Assembly: GCA_044371315.1 (NCBI GenBank)
Contig: JBILTX010000001.1
Coordinates: forward strand, 1,907-65,906
DNA length: 64,000 nucleotides
Source: Alphaproteobacteria bacterium
GTDB taxonomy: Bacteria > Pseudomonadota > Alphaproteobacteria > JAJTHO01 > CANGYM01
Reading direction: 5' to 3'
Each line of letters starts with the position of its first letter. The stretch's first letter is position 1. The notes under the pieces were generated by a model. It was not told where the DNA came from. It searched no databases and worked only from the letters and a program-made list of their open reading frames with translations. Positions 1-7,354 of the stretch are shown here, piece by piece. Position numbers and translations under genes: made by a program.

Positions 1-2
1 TT

Positions 3-278
3 TTGCGGTTTTAATCCTCGCGAGTGCCTTGGCCGTAAAATAGGGGATTTTGGTTGGCGCGGCGTTTTTGGGGTCAGGGATTGATGACAGAGGCTTTAAA
101 GCCCATCACCGATTATGCTTTTGATGTTTTGGGATTTGAATCCCTAACGTTTTCCAACGCGGTGGGAAATTTCCGTTCCCGCCGGATTAAGGAAAAACAA
201 GGGGCCCAATTTTTGGGTATCCGCCTTGGCACTTTTTGGCGGCCTATAGGGCCACCACACCCCCGCACCATGATTTGA
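3..278 (+). CDS. GNAT-family N-acetyltransferase, C-terminal fragment (5' end outside window)
   Basis: The frame is open from the window start. The motif GQGLMTEALKPITDYAFDVLGFESLTFSNAVGNFRSRRIKEKQG resembles the C-terminal acetyl-CoA-binding region of RimJ/RimL-type GNATs. Confidence 0.5.
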
Positions 279-356
279 ATTGTTTTTGATATAAACCTTG
301 ACATTTTTTTTTTTCGATTAGCCTTGCTGAAATGATTTTCATTGAAAGGGGTTTAT

Positions 357-1049
357 ATGGAGGAAGAAATTTCAGAAGAAGAGCTCTCTTTATATGAGTG
401 GTTGTCCAGCCAAACGAAGGAACTTTGGGGGTATCTTGTTCAGGGGGTACCATATCAGAATATTTCTAGCATGTATGATAGGCCTTCCGAAGGCTCTCAG
501 GAACAACAGCAAGGCATAAAGTTTTTGATTGCTGCACCAGAATACCAAAGGTCCAAAGAATTAGTCGTTGAGAAGCCTTTTCTTAGGTTTGATTTAGAAC
601 GTTTTGAAGAATTGTGGAGGGGTTTGCCTGCTATACAGGAAATGCAAGCTGAACAACGGTTTTGTACTGAACGTGCGAGGGAATATTTTGATCAGTGTGA
701 CGATGAAACCCAGCGTGCTGTTCGTCAGGTTATGAAAGTGTTTGAAAAAGCTCAAACAGAAAGAGACAAGCCGCCTTATGATTGGTTTCATTTTGAGTCC
801 ATTCGAAACTATTGCCCATTAGAGTCAGAAAATCCTGATGATTTGACTCAATGGGCTAAAGGTAGAATACATGATTTTTTGGCCATTATTCCCGCTATGG
901 ATTCAGATGTTTCAGGGAAAGCAAGCGATGAAAATTCTCCTGCGTTGGGCCCAATGGAAGGTATAGCAAGGCAAGCGGCAGGCGCATTTGGTAGTGCCGT
1001 CCAAAGATTCCAACATTTAATCGGTATGGGCCGCGACCACACCCAATAA
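357..1049 (+). CDS. hypothetical acidic protein in a low-GC segment, no recognisable domain
   Basis: 231-aa ORF (from the ATG at 357, which has an AAAGGGG SD; an alternative ATG lies at 342). The local sequence is AT-rich compared with its neighbours, and a TTGACA lies about 55 bp upstream. No signal peptide and no TM segment. Confidence 0.45.
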   Translation: MEEEISEEELSLYEWLSSQTKELWGYLVQGVPYQNISSMYDRPSEGSQEQQQGIKFLIAAPEYQRSKELVVEKPFLRFDLERFEELWRGLPAIQEMQAEQRFCTERAREYFDQCDDETQRAVRQVMKVFEKAQTERDKPPYDWFHFESIRNYCPLESENPDDLTQWAKGRIHDFLAIIPAMDSDVSGKASDENSPALGPMEGIARQAAGAFGSAVQRFQHLIGMGRDHTQ

Positions 1050-2126
1050 CCCCCCCCGCGTCATCGTCGCATCCTGTTGCCACAAGTGCTGCGCCAGTGT
1101 CAGGCGTTTGGAGAGTTCGGGGCCCTGCGGCACGCCGGCGGCCATCAGGTCCGCGGCGGTGATGGGGGGCGTGCGGCGATTCCACCATTGGTCAAACAGG
1201 GCGCGGGCGGCGGTGTCGTCGGTTTCGCGGGACAGGGCGCGGGCCAACAGGGCCTCTGGCGATGTCCAGTCCTGCCCCGTTAAGGCATGCTGAAACCAGC
1301 GCCGCTGGGATCGTGTCAGGGGCCACGTGGTTAAGATAACCTCAGGGTCTTGGCACAGGACCAACAACGCCGCTTTGGCCCGATCCACCGGCACATCAAA
1401 AAACCCCATCAGACGGGCGGCCCGCTCTCCCCCATCAAAGGGGGGCAGGTGGGGGGCGGTGATGTTGGATGTGTGCATCTCCGCCAACATGCGGGGCATT
1501 TGGGGGGCGGCCAGCAATTTGATCATTTCCGCCATGATCCGTTCTGCCGATAACGTGGCCAGCCGGTGTCGGTTTTGGGCACAGGCCATCAGGGCGTCTT
1601 CGGACAAGGGCACATCGGCCCCTTGATACCACGCCGCCATGCGCATATACCGCAGGATGCGCAGGTGATCCTCGATAATCCGGTCGTCGGGATTGCCAAT
1701 AAAGCGCACAAAGCGGTTTTTCAGGTCCACCATCCCCCCCAAAGGGTCGTGGATGGTGCCGGCGGCATCCTGATACAGGGCATTCATGGTAAAATCGCGG
1801 CGCTGGGCATCTTGGTCCCATTGATCGGTAAAGACAACCTGGGCATACCGGCCATCTGCCGCATGATCCGACCGCAGCGTCGTAATTTCGTAGGTGTGAC
1901 CGCCGGTATACGCCACAATGGTGCCATAGCGGGCATAGCGGTCTTGGGCGGAAATCCGGCATCGTTCCAACATCGAAACAACTTTATTGGGGGTCAGGGT
2001 TGTGGCAAAATCCACATCCGTCACCGGATAGCCCATCAGAGTATTCCGAACGCATCCCCCCACCATACGGGTGGTGTCGTGCCCTAGGGCCTGAAAAATT
2101 GCCGTGGGGGCAGGGCAGGGGGGCAT
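1017..2126 (-). CDS. cca: CCA tRNA nucleotidyltransferase / poly(A) polymerase family
   Basis: N-terminal GGCVRNTLMG...DVDFATT nucleotidyltransferase head motif. Length is 369 aa. Confidence 0.8.
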   Translation of the reverse strand: MPPCPAPTAIFQALGHDTTRMVGGCVRNTLMGYPVTDVDFATTLTPNKVVSMLERCRISAQDRYARYGTIVAYTGGHTYEITTLRSDHAADGRYAQVVFTDQWDQDAQRRDFTMNALYQDAAGTIHDPLGGMVDLKNRFVRFIGNPDDRIIEDHLRILRYMRMAAWYQGADVPLSEDALMACAQNRHRLATLSAERIMAEMIKLLAAPQMPRMLAEMHTSNITAPHLPPFDGGERAARLMGFFDVPVDRAKAALLVLCQDPEVILTTWPLTRSQRRWFQHALTGQDWTSPEALLARALSRETDDTAARALFDQWWNRRTPPITAADLMAAGVPQGPELSKRLTLAQHLWQQDATMTRGGLLGVVAAHTD

Positions 2127-2414
2127 TTAAAACCGCACCCCCGTTTGGGCCGCGTATCCCAGCGACAGGATCAGCAGCAGCAGGCTGGTGGCACTCAGCC
2201 ACATCGTGCGTTTTCGGGCCCACCACGGGCGCGGGGTGATGGGTATGGTGATGATTTTGGGTTTTAACGTTTGGGGATAGCGGGCACGCGCCCACCGCAG
2301 CAGCGTATCCCCCACCCACGCCAGAATCCATGGCAAAATCAGGGGGATCAACAGGGCAAGAATTTTGTTCAGCATTTGGGTGTTGTCTGGTATAGCTGAC
2401 ACTAATCCTAACAT
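2127..2414 (-). CDS. small hypothetical membrane protein (2 predicted TM)
   Basis: ORF abuts the cca start codon and has two hydrophobic helices. The start is uncertain because it would overlap the divergent MoxR gene. Confidence 0.3.
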   Translation of the reverse strand: MLGLVSAIPDNTQMLNKILALLIPLILPWILAWVGDTLLRWARARYPQTLKPKIITIPITPRPWWARKRTMWLSATSLLLLILSLGYAAQTGVRF

Positions 2415-2433
2415 AACCCCGTTTGATTCGCCA

Positions 2434-3408
2434 ATGGTTGATGTTCCCCAAATTCAGGCGGCGACGGCTTCGGCCCGCGCCATCCTTTCTGAAATGCGCC
2501 GTCATGTTTTGGGACAGGATGAAACCTTGGCCCTGTTGCTGACCACCCTGTTGTCGGGGGGACATGCGTTGATGGTGGGGATGCCTGGGCTGGCCAAAAC
2601 GAAATTGGCGGCGTGTATGGCGGGATTGCTGGGGTTATCCATGGCGCGGGTGCAATGTACGCCGGATTTGATGCCATCCGACATTTTGGGCAGCGAAGTT
2701 TACGAAGAGGGGGCGCCCGAGCCGTTTCGCTTTATTCCGGGCCCCGTGTTCACCCATATCCTGCTGGTGGATGAAATCAATCGGGCCAGTCCGCGGACAC
2801 AATCGGCCCTGCTGCAGGCCATGCAGGAAAAGGCCGTCACCGTGGCCGGAAAAACCTATCCCCTGCCGTCGCCGTTTCATGTGCTGGCCACGCAGAATCC
2901 GCTGGAACATTTGGGGACGTATCCCCTGCCGGAGGCGCAGCTGGATCGCTTTTTGACCCACATTCAGATGGATTATCCCGATCCCAAAACCGAAGAGGCC
3001 ATTTTGATGGCCACCACCACAGGGGAAGAGCCCCCCCTGACCCCCGTGTTAACGGCGGATACCACGCGATCGCTGCAGGCCATGATCCACGCCATGCCGC
3101 TGGGTCAGGCCGTGGTGCAGGCCATTGTCGCCTTGTGTCAATCCACGCGCCCCGAAAGTCCCTTGGCCCCCGAGATCGTGCGTCGCTGCGTCACCTACGG
3201 CGCGGGGATTCGGGCGGGACAGGCCCTGATGCTGGCGGTGCGGGCGCGGGCGTTGGTGGATGGGCGTTTTGCCCCCACGGTGGAGGACATCGTGGCCCTA
3301 GCCCCCGCCGTCCTGCGCCACCGCATCGGCCTGAATCATCAAGCCCTGCGCGACAAAGTGGGTCCGCTGGATGTCATTCGCGCGGTGGTGGGGGGGATTA
3401 GCGGGTAA
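2434..3408 (+). CDS. MoxR-family AAA+ ATPase
   Basis: Walker A GMPGLAKT, Walker B LLVDEINRA and the following QSALLQAMQE motif. About 325 aa from the MVDVPQ start; an alternative upstream ATG is at 2365. Confidence 0.85.
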   Translation: MVDVPQIQAATASARAILSEMRRHVLGQDETLALLLTTLLSGGHALMVGMPGLAKTKLAACMAGLLGLSMARVQCTPDLMPSDILGSEVYEEGAPEPFRFIPGPVFTHILLVDEINRASPRTQSALLQAMQEKAVTVAGKTYPLPSPFHVLATQNPLEHLGTYPLPEAQLDRFLTHIQMDYPDPKTEEAILMATTTGEEPPLTPVLTADTTRSLQAMIHAMPLGQAVVQAIVALCQSTRPESPLAPEIVRRCVTYGAGIRAGQALMLAVRARALVDGRFAPTVEDIVALAPAVLRHRIGLNHQALRDKVGPLDVIRAVVGGISG

Positions 3409-3685
3409 CTTGTCGTTGTGCCAGTATGGCGGCGAATTCTTTTTCCAAAGAAGGCGTACGACTAAAGCGCACAATGGTGTTGGCGGGTTGCTGAATATGG
3501 GCCTCAATACCTTTGGCTAGTATCTCTAAAGCGGCTCCTTGGAGTTCTTTAGGAAGCTGGCCAACTGTTTGGCCTAGAACGGTTTCTTGATATTCTTTGG
3601 ACTGAGCGAGGAATTCATCAAGATTCCCCAAAAGCTTGGTAGCAAAAACTGCATCACTGTTAGGACTTTGTACCATAAAACCCAC
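3398..3685 (-). CDS. hypothetical small protein adjacent to flagellin (95 aa)
   Basis: ORF in a lower-GC patch. Its start lies 46 bp downstream of a perfect CRP-type palindrome. No recognisable family. Confidence 0.45.
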   Translation of the reverse strand: MGFMVQSPNSDAVFATKLLGNLDEFLAQSKEYQETVLGQTVGQLPKELQGAALEILAKGIEAHIQQPANTIVRFSRTPSLEKEFAAILAQRQVTR

Positions 3686-3730
3686 CTTTCCCTAAACCTT
3701 ACCCCCATAGTATCCCCTATTCGATCAAAA

Positions 3731-3752
3731 AAATGTGACGTGTGTCACATTT
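3731..3752. promoter_or_regulatory. perfect CRP-consensus palindrome AAATGTGA-N6-TCACATTT
   Basis: AAATGTGACGTGTGTCACATTT has a perfect 9-bp inverted arm. It is centred about 57 bp upstream of the 3398..3685 start codon on the minus strand. Confidence 0.5.
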
Positions 3753-3878
3753 TGGGGGGGGTGAAAAGAAAAACCCCCCATAAAACGCCCTCTCCCTTTC
3801 AGGGAGAGGGCTGGGGAGAGGGTGTTTCAGGTACGCAAAAGCCCCCTCTCCCTAACCCTCTCCCCGTGGGGGAGAGGG
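3753..3878. repeat. array of GC-rich hairpins built from the GGGAGAGGG/CCCTCTCCC motif, REP-like
   Basis: G8-N12-C6 hairpin. CCCTCTCCC-tttca-GGGAGAGGG at 3788-3810. GGGGAGAGG at 3813-3822 pairing with CCCCTCTCC near 3843-3852. CCCTCTCCCC-gtg-GGGGAGAGGG at 3856-3878. Confidence 0.55.
3762..3810 (-). terminator. putative intrinsic terminator of the flagellin transcript
   Basis: On the minus strand the 3788-3810 hairpin is followed by a T-rich run (GCGTTTTATGGGGGGTTTTTCTTTTC). Confidence 0.45.
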
Positions 3879-3915
3879 AAAATAGGAAAAGGGGGCGATA
3901 GCGTGGTTAGGATAA

Positions 3916-5895
3916 TTATCCCACCAGACGCAGCAACTGCTGGGGCATCTGGTTGGCCTGGGCAGCAACCCCAACCGCAGCCTGCAGCAAGGCCTGGTTT
4001 TTGTAGAAGTTGCTGGATTCCGCCGCAAAGTCCACATCAACAAACTGACCGTTGGCCGCGTTGCTGTTTTCAATAACGGTGGTTAGGTTGGTGTCGATTT
4101 GGCTGAACCGGCTTTGCAAGGCACCGATTTTGGCGGTGTTCTTGTTCAGCGTGTCGATGGCTTCATCAATCACCCCCTGCGCGGCTTGGGCACGGGCCGC
4201 CGTGTCAATGGCAATCAAATTGGCGCCATTGGCGTCGGTGATGCCCAATTCTTTGGTCGATACAGAATCCAACTCAACAGAGATAAGATCATTGAATGCA
4301 TCCAAACCAACCTGTGTGGTCACAGAGGTTTTTCCAGATTTTTCAACGTCAAAGCGGAATTGGTAGTTGTTGGATCCAAAGGTCACTTGTTGGAACGTTT
4401 CATCAGCGGCAAGGGTCGATGACGTTCTACGCAACTGATCGTTGGTAAAGGTCAATTCCACCCCGTTGCTGAAGGAAACCGTTGTCAAATTGGCATTATC
4501 ATCAATGTCAGACACATCCTTAACTACAGCGTCGTACGTCTGACCCTTTTGATCCTGAATGCGGAATGTGGTTGTGTCCGCATGGGAATCAAAGCTGGAG
4601 GTCAGGGTATACGTGCCGGCGGCTGTGCTGCTGGAGGCTTTCAGGATATTGTCATAACCACCCGCGGTTTGGGCCGTGGAGGTTGTGCCCAGTCCTAAGG
4701 ATGTCAGCGGAGTTCCTACACCGTTGGCAAGCGTAAAGGTCGATGCAGGATCCAGAGAGTATAAAACAAGATTCAATCCTCCGGTACCCGCAGAAGCATC
4801 ATCTCTTAGGGTTGCCGCTACCCCTGTTTGTTCTGAAATAGCATTGATTTTGTCCCGTATGGATCCAATGCCTTCATTGAGCGTAAGAGCTGCTGTAGTT
4901 GCAGATCCAGTGCTTCCCGTAATCGTAATTGTAGCCAGTGCCGCAGCAGCCGAAGGGGTAGCTTCTGTTGCAAAGTCCAAGGTACTGACAACACTGGATA
5001 CAACCGTAGTATCCGATCGGAATGCATTGGCTGTTTCTGTGATGTTGGCAGCGCGGAAGACAACTTCACTGCCCCCTGTGCCCACACCCAGAATTTGTTT
5101 CAGGTCGCTTTCCATGGTGTCTTCAGTTCCTGCTGTGACAACCAAGGCACCGTCAGCGTTAGATATTGTAAACCCATTGTTGTCGTTGGTGGTGCTTTTA
5201 AACTGAATGGTGCTGCCTATTGCTGCGTTTTGCTTCACTTCACCGCGAAAGGTTTCCATTTGGGCACCATTTTTGATATCCATTTCGATGATGTAATTGG
5301 TGTTGGCATCGTTGCGTGTTACGCGTACGTCATCAATGGTCCCCTCAACAGCACCGGTGTAGTTACTAAGGGCAATGTTAGTATTATTAAAGTAAGTTCC
5401 ATCTAAAGTTTGTAAGGAACTGTTTACAATACCAGCAGTGGTCACGTTGGTGCCCGCTTTAAATGTGGCATTGGCACCGCCTGCCAGTAATTTAATGCCG
5501 TTCATTTGGGTTTGGTTCACGGTGTTGTCGATCTGCTTGATCAATTCGCCGAATTCTTCTTGGGAAATCAGACGCTCAGCATCGGACAGGGTTCCGTTCA
5601 CGGCCTGTGTGGACAGGGTTTTCAAACGGGTTAACAATTCACTGACCCGTGTCACACCCCCACCGGCAATCTGCAGCAAGGATGATGTTTGTCCGGCGTT
5701 CACTTTGGCCTGGGTTAATGTGGCAATGTTGGATTTCAATTTGTTAGAAATAGCGAGTGAAGCCGCATCATCCGAAGGGCGCACAATACGCGAACCCGAT
5801 GACAGCTTTCCAACACTGGCAGCGGCATTGCGCGAGTGGATGTTGATATTGGCATTAGCGGCTTCAGCAGAGCTGTTGGTTAAGATACTAGGCAT
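3916..5895 (-). CDS. flagellin (659 aa) with a large central hypervariable domain
   Basis: N-terminal flagellin D0/D1 region (LSSGSRIVRPSDDAASLAISNKLKSNIATLTQA, NAGQTSSLLQIAGG). C-terminal D0 region (NSNAANGQFVDVDFAAESSNFYKNQALLQAAVGVAAQANQMPQQLLRLVG). The middle region is rich in T, S, G and N. Confidence 0.9.
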   Translation of the reverse strand: MPSILTNSSAEAANANINIHSRNAAASVGKLSSGSRIVRPSDDAASLAISNKLKSNIATLTQAKVNAGQTSSLLQIAGGGVTRVSELLTRLKTLSTQAVNGTLSDAERLISQEEFGELIKQIDNTVNQTQMNGIKLLAGGANATFKAGTNVTTAGIVNSSLQTLDGTYFNNTNIALSNYTGAVEGTIDDVRVTRNDANTNYIIEMDIKNGAQMETFRGEVKQNAAIGSTIQFKSTTNDNNGFTISNADGALVVTAGTEDTMESDLKQILGVGTGGSEVVFRAANITETANAFRSDTTVVSSVVSTLDFATEATPSAAAALATITITGSTGSATTAALTLNEGIGSIRDKINAISEQTGVAATLRDDASAGTGGLNLVLYSLDPASTFTLANGVGTPLTSLGLGTTSTAQTAGGYDNILKASSSTAAGTYTLTSSFDSHADTTTFRIQDQKGQTYDAVVKDVSDIDDNANLTTVSFSNGVELTFTNDQLRRTSSTLAADETFQQVTFGSNNYQFRFDVEKSGKTSVTTQVGLDAFNDLISVELDSVSTKELGITDANGANLIAIDTAARAQAAQGVIDEAIDTLNKNTAKIGALQSRFSQIDTNLTTVIENSNAANGQFVDVDFAAESSNFYKNQALLQAAVGVAAQANQMPQQLLRLVG

Positions 5896-5980
5896 AGAAA
5901 AAGACTCCTTGCTACGTGCATGATGGATGTCCTACATGGACAGGTTAAATCGGCAAAAAAGACCGATCGGCAAAAAAGGG

Positions 5981-5997
5981 TGCATGAAGTGTGCCAA
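5981..5997 (-). promoter_or_regulatory. sigma-54 (-24/-12) promoter candidate for the flagellin gene
   Basis: The minus strand reads TTGGCACACTTCATGCA, i.e. TGGCAC-N5-ATGCA. This fits the GG-N10-GC spacing with one mismatch to TGGCACG-N4-TTGCA. It lies about 85 bp upstream of the ATG. Confidence 0.5.
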
Positions 5998-6154
5998 AAG
6001 GGGTGTTTTTTGCCGAGCCCGCAACCAAAAATTGCAAAGAACCGGCAAAACCTGCCTAATTCCATGAAAAATAAGGAAAAAATACATAAAATGCACGGCA
6101 TTCAGGCACATTTTGCCCTGCACATTTTGCCGGTGGGTAAAAAATGCCTATCGT

Positions 6155-7291
6155 TTAAAGCGTATTCAGCGCTGCCCTAAAATCGGTGATCAGATCGCTG
6201 GGATCCTCAACTCCCACAGACACCCGCAGCAGGTTGGGGGGCGTGGTGAGTTTATAATCCTCGACCGTTGCGCGATGTTCAATTAAACTTTCGGTGCCGC
6301 CTAGGGATGTGGCAACCTTGAAAATCCTGAGTGCCCGAATCACCGCCAAGGCCGCCGGTGCCCCGCCGCGCACCAAAACGGACATCAGGGCCCCATAACG
6401 GCCATGCATCTGAACCCGCGCGGTATCGTGCCCAGAGTGGGATGGCAGGCCTGGGTACAAAACGCCCTCAACTTTGGGATGGGCTTGCAGGGCCAGCGCC
6501 AAGGCCAAGGTGTTGTCACAACTGGCCGCAATCCGCAGATGCAGGGTTTTCATCCCCCGCAGCAATAACCATGCTTCAAAAGGTCCCAGAATCCCCCCCA
6601 GTGTGCCGCGCAGTTTTTTGATGGTTTGCCACAGGGCGGTGTCTTCTTTGGCAATCACGGCCCCCGCAATCACATCATGATGACCGTTCAGGGCCTTGGA
6701 ACACGAATGCACCACAAAATCCGCGCCTAGGCGTAGCGGCTGGGTCAGCAGGGGCGTGGGCACGGTGTTATCCACCACCAAAATTGCGCCGCAGCCCCTC
6801 GCGATGGCGGCAGCGTCGGCGATGTCCGTGATGTCCATCATGGGATTTGACGGCGTTTCCACCCAAATCACATCGGTGCGTCCAGCCCCCGCCACGCGGG
6901 CCAGATCATCAGGGTTACTGTTGTCATAGACCCGCACACCGTACCCCCACTGCCCTGCCCATTCCAAAAACCAGTTGGACAGCCCCACATATAATGTTTT
7001 CGGCACCACAAACTGGGCCCCTGCTTTTTGGGCCAATAAAACTGCGCTGCAGGCCGCCATGCCAGAGGCATAAACGGCGCTTTCAAAGCCACCCTCCATC
7101 AGGGTCAACAAACGTTCCACATCCAGATAGGTGGGATTTTCGGGGCGTGCATACACCCGTCCTGCTTCGTATCCTGTATCCGTAGGTTGACGGGCAAAGG
7201 TGGCGGAGGGGTAAATGGGCGGCACGATGGAACGGGTGGTGGGCTCGATGGCGGGGGTGGCTTGGGCCAAGTGGGTGTGGATGTGGGACAT
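6155..7291 (-). CDS. Cys/Met-metabolism PLP-dependent enzyme (O-succinylhomoserine sulfhydrylase / cystathionine gamma-synthase family)
   Basis: Family-typical block around the PLP-lysine, SCSKALNGHHDVIAGAV. The internal start MSHIHTHLAQ is preferred over the longer ORF. Confidence 0.8.
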   Translation of the reverse strand: MSHIHTHLAQATPAIEPTTRSIVPPIYPSATFARQPTDTGYEAGRVYARPENPTYLDVERLLTLMEGGFESAVYASGMAACSAVLLAQKAGAQFVVPKTLYVGLSNWFLEWAGQWGYGVRVYDNSNPDDLARVAGAGRTDVIWVETPSNPMMDITDIADAAAIARGCGAILVVDNTVPTPLLTQPLRLGADFVVHSCSKALNGHHDVIAGAVIAKEDTALWQTIKKLRGTLGGILGPFEAWLLLRGMKTLHLRIAASCDNTLALALALQAHPKVEGVLYPGLPSHSGHDTARVQMHGRYGALMSVLVRGGAPAALAVIRALRIFKVATSLGGTESLIEHRATVEDYKLTTPPNLLRVSVGVEDPSDLITDFRAALNTL

Positions 7292-7354
7292 AAATTTGCG
7301 TTGGTTGGGAAAAAAGGTTATGATGACTGCCTTTATTATCATGTTTTCACCGTT

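Noticed and set aside
1435-2087. ORFs of 173-175 aa on both strands inside the cca gene (1435..1962 minus, 1566..2087 plus)
   Set aside because: They are alternative-frame artefacts of a GC-rich gene. Their products are Arg/Pro/Gly/His-rich low-complexity sequences, and the cca frame has clear family motifs.
3753-3880. Possible CRISPR array suggested by the repeated GGGAGAGGG units
   Set aside because: The repeats are inverted, not direct. They form hairpins with no regularly spaced unique spacers, which fits a REP-like terminator array.
7187-7354. N-terminal extension of the DAHP synthase ORF (MTGKGGGGVNG...)
   Set aside because: This Gly-rich segment overlaps the divergent metZ-like gene in another frame. 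The class II DAHP synthase homology begins at the internal MSSFHRESW start.
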